A DNA stretch of 64,000 nt from Phoronis australis (Eukaryota; Animalia; Phoronida): NCBI GenBank assembly GCA_002633005.1, contig NMRA01000555.1, positions 1 through 64,000 on the forward strand, given 5' to 3'. The position numbers were made by a program, and so were the translations under genes. The notes under the pieces are model-generated. The model saw only the letters and a list, made by a program, of their open reading frames with translations. It did no database searches and was not told the DNA's origin. Positions 54,110 to 64,000 of this stretch are shown in pieces (position 1 is the first letter of the stretch; each line of letters opens with the position of its first letter).

Positions 54110-54345
54110 TGCAACGCCTTTGGCGGGGCTCTCTCTATTAATATAGAAGGCCACAAGGCGGCCGACGAGCGTGGCAACCTATATGAACAAAGAGCGCCCC
54201 CGCATTCCTACCGCCTTTCAGTGAGACCCCCTATAATAATATAAGGAGCCTCGCCGAAAGGCAGCCAGAGATTGGGGCCACCGAGATTAATATAGAAGCC
54301 CCGCCAGAAGGCGGCCTATGAGCTAGGCGCTTATATTAATATAGT
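54110..54345. repeat. Degenerate array of alternating TATTAATATAG and GC-rich blocks (relative at 57620-57925)
   Basis: aatatagaagccccgccagaaggcggcc at ~54288 vs aatataggcgccccgccaaaaggcggcc at ~57836. Confidence 0.65.
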
Positions 54346-54359
54346 TGGAAAGTGACTGA

Positions 54360-55530
54360 CAAGCGAGAATTCATATGCAAAAATTCAGGTCATTCCCTCT
54401 TCTCGTTGTGGCACCCTAGCATTGCTGAAAAGTGATGAAAATGCGTCAGATCCACCGTTTTGAAAACAACTTCCCGTTAAGCAGCACTCGATATTAGCAT
54501 TCTACAAAAATATTACAGAAAAAATTTCGAAGCATTTGAGCACCGCAAACGGCGTGCTTTTCACAATCTCTTTTTGTATCATAAAAATGCCACCAGAGTG
54601 CGCACAATACGTCAAATCCACCCTAAATGTGAAACGTACCATCGTTTCTTTAGAAGAAAGTATATACCAATTTTCATAAAAGTCTGTCAAGAAACAAAGG
54701 AAGACCGGAAAAATGAAATGGTCACTAGGGGGCAATGCGTCTGAAAGTTGTCACTGTCTGTTCTCAACTTGATATGAATACACTTGCTAAATTTAATAAA
54801 ATCCTGCAGTGGGCTTGGAACAAACAGTTGCAGGTGCAAAAAAGCTGCCACTAGGAGACACCACCGTAGTCAAAGTCGTCATCGTCAATCGTACACTTCA
54901 TACTGAGAACAGATAAACCAATTTTCACAATCCATAGACTGGTTTGGTTGACAGAGGAGTGTCTGCAAAAAACGATTTGAAAAACCATAAATGGCCACTA
55001 GGAGGCGCAAAATGACTCAAATACTTCCGAAAATAGGTAGGCAGCGTCATGTCACCAAAATACTGCCACTAGGAATCGCCACAGTAGCCGGAGTAATCAG
55101 AAAATCATCGCCAGACTTTCTCTTCATAGTAAGAACATAGATGCCAAGTTTCGCAATCATCTTTATGGGCGACGTGGTTCATAGAAGGACGGACGCCAAA
55201 AACAGACTCGAAATGGTCATTAAGTGGCGCAAAATACCTCGAATACTTCCGAAAACAGGATAGCATCATCCGCTAACAGATGCCTATATTCCAAGTTTCA
55301 CAAAAATCCGTTAACGACCTTTAACGATAAAGAGGTAAATTTCAAATATAAATTGCCACTACAGGGCACACCGGTGGTCATATCCGTCCGAAATTCGTCG
55401 TCTTCTGTCGTCATCTTCATATGAACCCATCTGACATTTTTCATCAACTTTGAGGGGTTCAGGAAATACAGCTGTGGAAGCTGGACGCCCAGACAGAGAT
55501 GTCAAAGCAACATACTTGGTGAAATTTCAA
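54360..55530 (+). mobile_element. Helentron/HINE-like repeat with degenerate tandem units
   Basis: Recurrent ccaa(g/t)tttc..aa.atc and gccactagg motifs, with short ggac/gaca microsatellite seeds. Confidence 0.4.
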
Positions 55531-55599
55531 TTAATGGCAGAGCAACATACAATAATTCGCCAAGTAATTAGGCAAATTAACAAAAACCGGACCATCGCC

Positions 55600-56000
55600 G
55601 CACAAATAAAAAAGTTCATGTTCAATTCAACGTTTCGTCTTTTCATTAGACATCATCAGGATAATATTTACAATTTAGGACAACAAGTGCCAACATACAG
55701 TTCAGGTAACATCCATAGTGTGAAGTGAGAGATACATAGATTATGGTCAGTAGCTGGCATCACCATAGCTGCAGGGTCACAGAGCTCTGCATGTTATTCA
55801 GAGAATCAGTGGCATGCTGGTTCTGAATGGCCAATGACTCTTTAATGTACAGTAACTCGAAAATGTGAAACACCTGGCCAAATTAACTTGAACAAGATTG
55901 GAACATTATGAGACATGAGTACATCAGTTGTGAGCAGGAATAGTACATTATCAACCACAAGTTTTTTTGTTCTCAGTTTAAACAAATACTCTTGCAATCC
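55600..56000 (-). mobile_element. Penelope-like 3' remnant with hammerhead-like motif
   Basis: ELLYIKESLAIQ..DSLN (GIY-YIG end). The minus strand at 55625-55662 reads CTGATGA-TGTCT..AGAC-GAAACGTT. Confidence 0.6.
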
Positions 56001-57619
56001 TGTTTTTCGAATACTCCGTCATTCAGTTGCCCAAATCAACAATGTTTGCGCCACGGGATAATGAGAAGGCACTATACTGTGGGTATGGTTTTAAGCACTT
56101 AAAGTCAAAATTTGTTGAGAAGGTTAAATGGAGTAGCTGGTTGCAATCAACATGCCCAAGTGGCCGTCTTCCCTTGCTGTAATCCTGGGACAAGGGAACC
56201 TCTTCTCAATTTCTTGTAAACTTTAATTACTTAGGTTGCTGCAATGGTAATTAAATTGAAGTGCCTAACTGGCCAGCGCCCCCGTCGGAATTTGACAAAT
56301 GTTGAATACCTTAAGTGTAGATCGATTTACTATAGTATGAGCATCTGATTAAAAAAGTTAATTTCAATCACTGCACTGGTATATCAGCTGACTTAGTTTC
56401 AGTTGCATCAACTAATCTAATTGTTAGACGGTCCACATTTTTAGGCGACAGATCAGACGGCATGTAAATTTGTTAGGCTGGTGGTGGATCAATTCCTGAA
56501 AAATCCGTCTGAAAAATTGCATGCCAACTCACTCATAGTTAAATGTTAAGTTAGTGTTAACAGTTGACCTTTTTTGCAGTTGGACTTGTATCGCAAGCAA
56601 CAGCTCAGTCCGGAGACCTGAATATGCAAATGAAATTCAAAGATAAAGACCTTGTGGCTTAAGAAGTTCAGTACCAGAGATCATCACGCTATAAAAAATA
56701 GAAAGACAAAGATTGTGAAGAGTGAAGAATACATAGTTTTCAGATATGTTTTCTACAGTTTTGTTTGGAGTTCAGTAAATCAAAGCTTCTAACACATGGA
56801 GATGTCATTTGCTTTTCAAAACTAAATCACGATTTTGAAGCTGTTCTTCAGAAAGCTAGTGTGCAGAAAGTTATTTGGACAGGCAATCTTAAGAAATGAC
56901 TGTTGAAGTTACTCACTGTTGCAGTTGTCGTCCAACTAAGAGAGACGAAAGGGAATTGAGGCTAGTGTTCAATAATTCACTTGCTGACACACTAATTAAC
57001 GCCGCCCATTATAACATGTTTTGAATCAATATTGTGCACAAATACTGCCTGCTTCCAAATAAGTACTCAGTGTTTGACCATCATTGCACGCTGGCCAAAC
57101 TCCTGTGTGCAGGACAGTACCCTCTCTAATCGGCCATAGTTTCATGGTTTCTTGATGGTGGAACTTTGAAGTTATTGGATGCATCACTGGACAATAATCA
57201 TTTGTCTTTCAAACAAGATACTTTGTACAACAATTCATGATTGAGACAACTTTCAACAAGCTGATTGATAAGTGATATTTTGCAAAATTTAATACATGTT
57301 TTGTCGCCTTGTGTGGCATTTTATCATCACAGTGCTAGCTATTACCAATCCACCTCATTAGCTCAGATCTACTTCAATACAAAAGGCGTGCTGCATAGGT
57401 ATCATAAAAGTTGTCTGGGTCATAGGGAATCAGAGGGGTGACCAGTGTAAGCGAGAAATTCTCCACGTGAAGTCTTATCTGACTTGAAGACTTTGGCTAT
57501 GATTTACGTGAAGATTCATGTTCTGTCATGTGATTGAAGGGGGCCAATTATGTACTTTTACGAAACCCAACGATAAGATGGATGAACATTGGGGCCGTGA
57601 CCAATGGCAGACAAATAAT

Positions 57620-57925
57620 GTCGCCCCTATAATAATGTTGGGTATCCTAATAATGCAACGCGCTTTCCTCATAGGCGGCCTTAAAGCAGGCTTACTATGG
57701 AAAACACTGCTTTGTGCCCCCCTTCAAGCGGGCTGCCTATATTAAAATTGACGGCATCGCTCTTCGGGCGGGGTAATCCATATTAATGTAGGAAACCTCG
57801 CCGGAAGATGGCCACAGAGCAGGGCCGTCAAACATAATATAGGCGCCCCGCCAAAAGGCGGCCAGAGAGCGGGGCCACGTATATTTATAAAGACGTCCCC
57901 GCTGTTTGACCGCCTATATTAATAG
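57620..57925. repeat. Second degenerate TATTAAT/GC-block array
   Basis: Same motif pattern as 54110-54345. Confidence 0.65.
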
Positions 57926-58019
57926 AAGTATACTCGCTCTTGGCGCCGGAAATTCAATTTTGCCTTCGTCATTTTAATAAGAATAAGTCATTCTAAATAA
58001 TAAGCTCTTGTTCCTTTAA

Positions 58020-58060
58020 ACGCGAGTCCAATCTTATCAATTACGAGTAGCTTGGGGTTG
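58020..58060 (-). pseudogene. Remnant of an additional dead kringle exon start
   Basis: tcttatcaattacgagtagcttggggttgtaaaac matches the exon start tcttatcaactttacacgagtagtttggccctgtaaac, with the acceptor mutated AG>AA. It follows a full diverged copy of the repeat intron (58060-58508). Confidence 0.55.
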
Positions 58061-58508
58061 TAAAACATTTCATATTGAACATGTATAATATAGGTATAGA
58101 CAGAATTTCAAAGGAACAGCATTTTTCTACAGCAGGCTCCAGTTTACGCTAAAAACTGCCAAATCCGCGATCACTTTAAGAGAATGAATGTGTGTAACCA
58201 GCTTGTTGGGTGGCAGCTGAGCATTTGTTTGCGAATCAATCTCATACTTTAAAAACCTTTGGGCTGCTAAGTAGAGGTGAGGTTTTAATGAGCTAGGTTC
58301 GCTTTTTTCCTAAATATGCATCTGTTTAACTTGGAAGCCCCAGTAACGGAAAAAAAATTAGGTGACCTCCCAAATATAAACGAGAACCACCAGTTTTCGA
58401 AGCGCTAATGTCTTAGAGTGTTTCAAGGACTCTTGTTTTTGAGTGGAGCTCAAAATGACAGCATGAACGGTCAAGGAGTAGCTACTTCTTTCAATAATGT
58501 TTACTTAC

Positions 58509-58793
58509 TCTTACAGATTTTTATGTCACAAACTTGGAATGCCGGTATTGTTTGTTCTTCTATGTAGCACCAGGGACCGCGGTAGTAAGCGTCCGGATTC
58601 CGGCAATACCTGGAATCCTGGACACTCCTGTCCCAAGTGTCGTACACATCCTTTATGACTCGATTGTTGGTTATAATATGGTTCTGGACATTCCTACTGG
58701 ACCACTGTCTGCATGTGTCTCCCGCAACTGTCTTTGAAGAGGTACCGGCGTACATGAGACCTTTCTTATCAACTTTACACGAGTAGTTTGGCC
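58509..58793 (-). CDS. Kringle-domain exon (285 bp, phase 1-1)
   Basis: C..G..YAG..SKT..G.TC.QW...YCRNPD...GPWCY...C...C; tttacag| acceptor and |gtaagt donor. Confidence 0.92.
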
Positions 58794-59236
58794 CTGTAAA
58801 CCAAATCACACTGAACATGTACAATGTATAAATAAAAAGAATTTCAAAGGATCAACGTTTTTCTACAACAGGGACACATTTACGCTAAAAACTGTTAAAT
58901 CCGTGATCACGTTAAGAGAACCGATATGTGATACCAGCTTTTCGTGTTCCTGCTGGTCATTTGTTTGTGAAAATAAGCCGTTTTTCAATTGTCCAGCTGT
59001 TAATTATATGTGGAGTTTAAGTGAGCCACGTTCGCTTTTCCCTAAAGGTGGAGCTGTTTAACTCCGCTGTAACGGGAAAAACAAATTCTGTGACATCCGA
59101 AATATCGACGTGAACCACCAATTTTTGGAGTGCTTTTGCCTTAGGGTGTTTCAGGGACTTTTGTTTTTGAGTTGAGCTCAAAATGACAGCATGAGCGGTC
59201 ATGGAGTAGCCACTTCGTTCAATAATGTTTACTTAC

Positions 59237-59521
59237 CGTCACAGATTTTTATATCACAGAGTCGGTATGACGGCATTTGTTGTTCTTCTATGTAGCACCA
59301 GGGACCGCGAGACTCACCGTCCGGATTTCGGCAATACCTGGAATTCTGGACACTCCTGTCCCAAGTGTCGTACCCATCCTTTATGACTCGATTGTTGGTT
59401 ATAATATGGTTCTGGACACTCCTACTGGACCACTGTCTGCATGTTTCTCCCGTAACTGTGTTTGAAGAGGTACCCCGCATGTACTCTGGAAAGAATAGTT
59501 GAAATGTGCTCATCAAACCCC
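59237..59521 (-). CDS. Kringle-domain exon (285 bp) with an anomalous complemented 45-bp block
   Basis: YCRNPDGESRGPWCY and canonical splice sites; the first Cys is missing because 59475-59519 is complemented. Confidence 0.85.
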
Positions 59522-59963
59522 CTGTAAACCAAATCACACTGAACATGTACGATGTATAAATGGAAAGAATTTCAAAGGATCAACGTTTTTTTCAACAGGG
59601 ACACATTTACGCTAAAAACTGTTAAATCCGTGATCACGTTAAGAGAACCGATATGTGATACCAGCTTTTCGTGTTCCTGCTGGAAATTTGTTTGTGAAAA
59701 TAAACCGTTTTTCAATTGTCCAGCTGTTAATTATATGTTCAGTTGAAGTGAGCCACGTTCGCTTTTCCCTAAAAGTGGAGCTGTTTAACTCCGCTGTATC
59801 GGGAAAAACAAATTCTGTGACCTCCGAAATATCGACGTGAACCACCAATTTTTGGAATGCTTTTGCCTTAGGGTGTTTCAGGGACTTTTGTTTTTGAGTT
59901 GAGCTCAAAATGACAGCATGAGCGGTCATGGAGTAGCCACTTCGTTCAATAATGTTTACTTAC

Positions 59964-60248
59964 CGTCACAGATTTTTATATCACAAATTCGGTATGTCGG
60001 CATTGGTTGTTCTTCTATGTAGCACCAGGGACCGCGAGAGTAATCGTCCGGATTCCGGCAATACCTGGAATTCTGGACTCTCCTGTCCCAAGTGTCGTAC
60101 ACATCCTTTATGACTCGATTGTTGGTGATAATATGGTTCTGGACATTCCTACTGGACCACTGTCTGCATGTATCCCCCGAATTTGTCTTTGAAGAGGTAC
60201 CGGCGTACATGAGACCTTTCGTATCAACTTTACACGAGTAGTTTGGCC
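59964..60248 (-). CDS. Kringle-domain exon (285 bp, phase 1-1)
   Basis: Six Cys, YCRNPDDYSRGPWCY, canonical splice sites. Confidence 0.92.
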
Positions 60249-60807
60249 CTGTAAACCAAATCACACTGAACATGCACAATTGTACACTGTAGGTATAGAA
60301 ATAATTTCACAGGATCAACGTTTTTTTACAACAGGGACACATTTACGCTAAAAACTGTTAAATCCGTGATCACGTTAAGAGAACAAATATGTGATACCAG
60401 CTTTTTGTGTTCCTGCCGAGCATTCGTTTGTGAAAATAATCCGTTTTTTAATTGTTCAGATGTTAATTATATATGGAGTTTTAGTGAGCCAGGCTCGTTT
60501 TTTCCCTAAAGGTGCATCTCTTTAACTCGATGACACCGTAACGAAAAAACAAAGTCGGTGACCTCGCAAAAAATAACGAGAATCACCAATTTTTGAGTAG
60601 ACGTTAAAGGCAGAAAGCTGTCCTCAGAGTGCACGTTGTTTACAAACTGATGTCTTGTTTCTACAAAAGGTAGTGTACAAACACNCCACCAATTTTTGGA
60701 ATGCTTTTGCCTTAGGGTGTTTCAGGGACTTTTGTTTTTGAGTTGAGCTCAAAATGACAGCGTGAGCGGTCATGGAGTAGCCTTTTCGTTCAATAATGTT
60801 TACTTAC

Positions 60808-61092
60808 CGTCACAGATTTTTATATTACAAAATCGGTATGTCGGCATTGGTTGTTCTTCTATGTAGCACCAGGGACCGCGAGAGTCATCGTCCGGATTCC
60901 GGCAATACCTGGAATTCTGGACACTCCTGTCCCAAGTGTCGTACACATCCTTTATGACTCGTTTGAGGGTTATAATATGGTTCTGGACATTCTTACTGGA
61001 CCACTGTCTGCATGTATCCCCCGAAGTTGTATTTGAAGAGATACCGGCGTACATGAGACCTTTTGTATCAACTTTACACGCGTAGTTTGGCT
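60808..61092 (-). CDS. Kringle-domain exon (285 bp); may be an allelic copy of 59964-60248
   Basis: Six Cys, YCRNPDDDSRGPWCY; sits on a short piece bounded by single Ns at 60685 and 61427. Confidence 0.75.
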
Positions 61093-61684
61093 CTGTAAAC
61101 CAAATCACACTGAACATGCACAATTGTACACTGTAGGTATAGAAATAATTTCACAGGATCAACGTTTTTTTACAACAGGGACCCATTTATGCTAAAATTG
61201 TTAAATCCGTGATCACGTTAAGAGAACCGATATGTGATACCAGCTTTTCGTGTTCCTGCCGAGCATTCGTTTGTGAAAATGATCCGTTTTTTAATTGTTC
61301 AGATGTTAATTATATATGGAGTTTTAGTGAGCCAGGCTCGCTTTTTCCCTAAAGGTGCATCTCTTTAACTCGATGACACCGTAACGAAAAAACAAAGTCG
61401 GTGACCTCGCAAAAAATAACGAGAACNGAAAATAATCCGTTTTTTAATTGTTCAGATGTTAATTATATATGGAGTTTTAGTGAGCCAGGCTCGTTTTTTC
61501 CCTAAAGGTGCATCTCTTTAACTCGATGACACCGTAACGAAAAAACAAAGTCGGTGACCTCGCAAAAAATAACGAGAATCACCAATTTTTGAGTAGACGT
61601 TAAAGGCAGAAAGCTGTCCTCAGAGTGCACGTTGTTTACAAACTGATGTCTTGTTTCTACAAAAGGTAGTGTACAAACACTTAC

Positions 61685-61748
61685 TTTCTGCTGTCGCAAA
61701 TGCGAAAGAGACTAGGCAGATTAGACGCACGGTCAAGAATGGTTCCAT
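61685..61748 (-). CDS. Signal-peptide exon (MEPFLTVRLICLVSFAFATAE)
   Basis: ATG at 61748-61746, hydrophobic core with an A-T-A cleavage motif, phase-1 donor A|gtaagt. Upstream acceptor ctctttag| at 61811-61810. Confidence 0.8.
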
Positions 61749-61950
61749 AAGGTTTGTAGAGTCTTCAAAGTGGTATATCCCACCGTCGTAGTCCGAAGGT
61801 TGTCTTCCTCTAAAGAGGAAACAATTTAGTATAAACAAGTATGCCCAAGCATTTGTCATGGATTTAAAACCATTTATTTTTCGTACGCAATTTTAATGTT
61901 TAATAATATACGTTGGAGCACAGAATTTCCAGATGAAACTTTAAGTACAT

Positions 61951-62070
61951 GTAGGTTATCACATGTTCCCAGTCAATATCCCCCGTATTCTAGAGCCCGA
62001 GTGGATTTTGGAGAATTATCGCCCATACTGAAAGAGAAATATTGCAACGAATCGATCTACCTTTGTCGAC
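61951..62070 (+). mobile_element. Fragment of the hairpin element seen at 21132 and 24180
   Basis: cccccgtattctagagcccgagtggattttggagaattatcgccc is shared with those units. Confidence 0.7.
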
Positions 62071-64000
62071 GTTAAGAATTGTTTTATAATGACTCACTTC
62101 TGCAATAGGGGTCAATCAAAAAGAATTAAATACACAGAGATAGATGGTTGTTCTCCACGGCCAACTGCAATCATCAGCTGAGCGCCATGCTTTCTCAAGA
62201 CTTCGGCCCATTGAACTCAGGATCTCTCCACACGGTGGACCCGCAAAAGCTGGTCGATATAGCTGGTTTGCAGTTGGCCATCAAGTCTTAACTTCCACAG
62301 CCTTATTGATTTTTGTGAAAAAATGAGTTGCGTAAACGAGCACGAAATAATAACTTAGAATAATGTTACAGTGTTTTTGAAACTTCCTGCTAAACTTTTT
62401 TATCAAAACAAATCTGGCCATATTGTTGACGACATTATGCTCTTACAGTTCCTTTCTACTTTCAGAAAAGACATTGTGCCGAGACCCAAACTATGCCAGG
62501 TTAATGTAAAGTCAAACGACACAATCACTTTATAAAGTTTTTCAAAATTCAGAAACTATGTACTTTACTGAGTTGAATCTGATTGATTTTTAGATATTTG
62601 GCTGACTGGTGCAAAGCCTTGGCAACAGAGTCTCATATATCGTCATTGCGCCGAGACTGTAGGGCAAACAAAGCATTACATGTGTCAGCTCGTGTACATG
62701 TACTGTACGTTCGCTGTTGTGGACAGCAAGTGAGGCACTGCGCAAAACAGTGAGTAAATAACATTTCTTATTGTTCCTTGTCGGATATCCAAATACTGAA
62801 GCACTCAGTATAAGTTGCAATTCATTCGTTCAAGTTTGAAGTAAGATTCAAGCAATGCATTTTGAGTTTAGGCTCAAGGTTATGCGTTGACATTCAAAAT
62901 TCTAGCATAAGCCTAATGTCATCTTGTGGACTTCCAACCGCATTAAGTTCGAACTTTCATGGGTACCCCAAGCCGGAGTCGGATGCAACAATGCGGTCAC
63001 ACAAGGCAGTCTGCAACTACGTGCCTAACCCCCCCCCCCTTAGATGCAATCGGACTGCTCGGGTCTTGTAATTTTAGCAAAAACAGCGAGGGTAGAACCT
63101 GGTTCACAAATGCGTCACGCAAAAACCAACGATTTTGGGAAAAGCTAATGACTTTCCCCCTTGCTGAAATAATGAGAGTCGCCATCACATGGAGACGAAG
63201 TTTATAAGAGTAAGATGTATTTCAGCGTTTCCTGTAGTCAAATTGGGATTTAGGTCAGAGAATTACTTGGTGAAGATCAAATTTAAAAATCAATAAATTG
63301 TACTCAATTGTGATTGTTTTTGATTTACAAAACTTTCATGTATTTGACGTTGTGCAGAGTCAATCGGTAAGTCAGTCAGTATAACCCGACTGACTCACCG
63401 TGGGGCTAGTTTCCAGTTTCTTATCTCCACTTATCGTAGATGGTGATGGATTTCGTTGTAAGAAGTAATAAATCTGTGACACCACGAGAAACTGAAATCA
63501 TTGAAACGGAATTTCACTTCAAAATGGCAGTGTGAAAAAAGTTCGCACGTAGGCTTACTGTTATTCGGCGATTTCCATGGGAGCATACAGCGTTCGTAGG
63601 GTTGTGTAGTCGACCCGATCGGAACCACGTTTAGACCAAACTACAATTTTCCTACGTCATGGTATGGCCCAAAACCGATATCGACGGGTAATAATAACGA
63701 GTTTCCCATCCAGTCCTCTAAAACAGTAATGCCATGTAACCCACGACAACCCTCCAAACTCGGAGGGAAATGTCCTTTCAAAGTCTGCTATACGGGCAAG
63801 CGTGGCCTACGCTTTTAGCAAATTGCATGGCAACTGAGGGGTACAGGCCAATTACCAAGGACCATAATGTCCAATGTGTGACATTGGGAGCTCGAGTTTT
63901 TAGATACTTTCTAGATTTACCACTCTTAACTAGGATTGATGCCAATGATGCATTAGCAATTGACGCAACGAGGATTGGCAGATATCAGTCAAAACAGGTT

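Noticed and set aside
53860-54345. CRISPR-like repeat-spacer array
   Set aside because: Units are degenerate, there are no unique constant-length spacers or cas genes, and the context is eukaryotic.
59475-59519. Micro-inversion or gene conversion as the cause of the odd kringle N-terminus
   Set aside because: The block is the complement without reversal, so it is not an inversion; reported as a finding instead.
62159-62280. ~19-bp inverted repeat pair upstream of the signal exon
   Set aside because: Short and imperfect; no TSD or second copy.
62900-64000. Possible retroelement remnant or first exon/promoter of the kringle gene
   Set aside because: No motif I could support from the sequence alone.

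Overview
AT-rich, repeat-dense eukaryotic (marine-invertebrate-like) genomic DNA from a draft assembly, with two N gaps (15042-15662, 35833-36423) and five single-N joins (10861, 28587, 47498, 60685, 61427). No prokaryotic operons, rRNA or CRISPR arrays were seen. The main host feature is a set of minus-strand, phase-1 exons that can be joined into one ~56 kb gene for a type I membrane protein. The exons encode a signal peptide (61685-61748), 3-4 tandem 285-bp kringle domains (58509-61092), a Thr-rich mucin stalk (32421-32885), and a transmembrane helix plus a ~725-aa repetitive Lys-rich tail (5750-8025). Decayed duplicates of the stalk, tail and kringle exons are scattered through the locus. 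The introns hold many transposons: a full-length BEL/Pao LTR element with a 5-bp TSD and nested inserts, Kolobok, PIF/Harbinger, ISL2EU-like, Gmr1-like Gypsy, Penelope-like elements with hammerhead motifs, LINEs and MITEs. The oddest sequence signal is a 45-bp block in one kringle exon (59475-59519) that is the exact base complement, not the reverse complement, of the same block in the neighbouring exon. Exon joining and TE family names come from motif recognition only; no searches were run.
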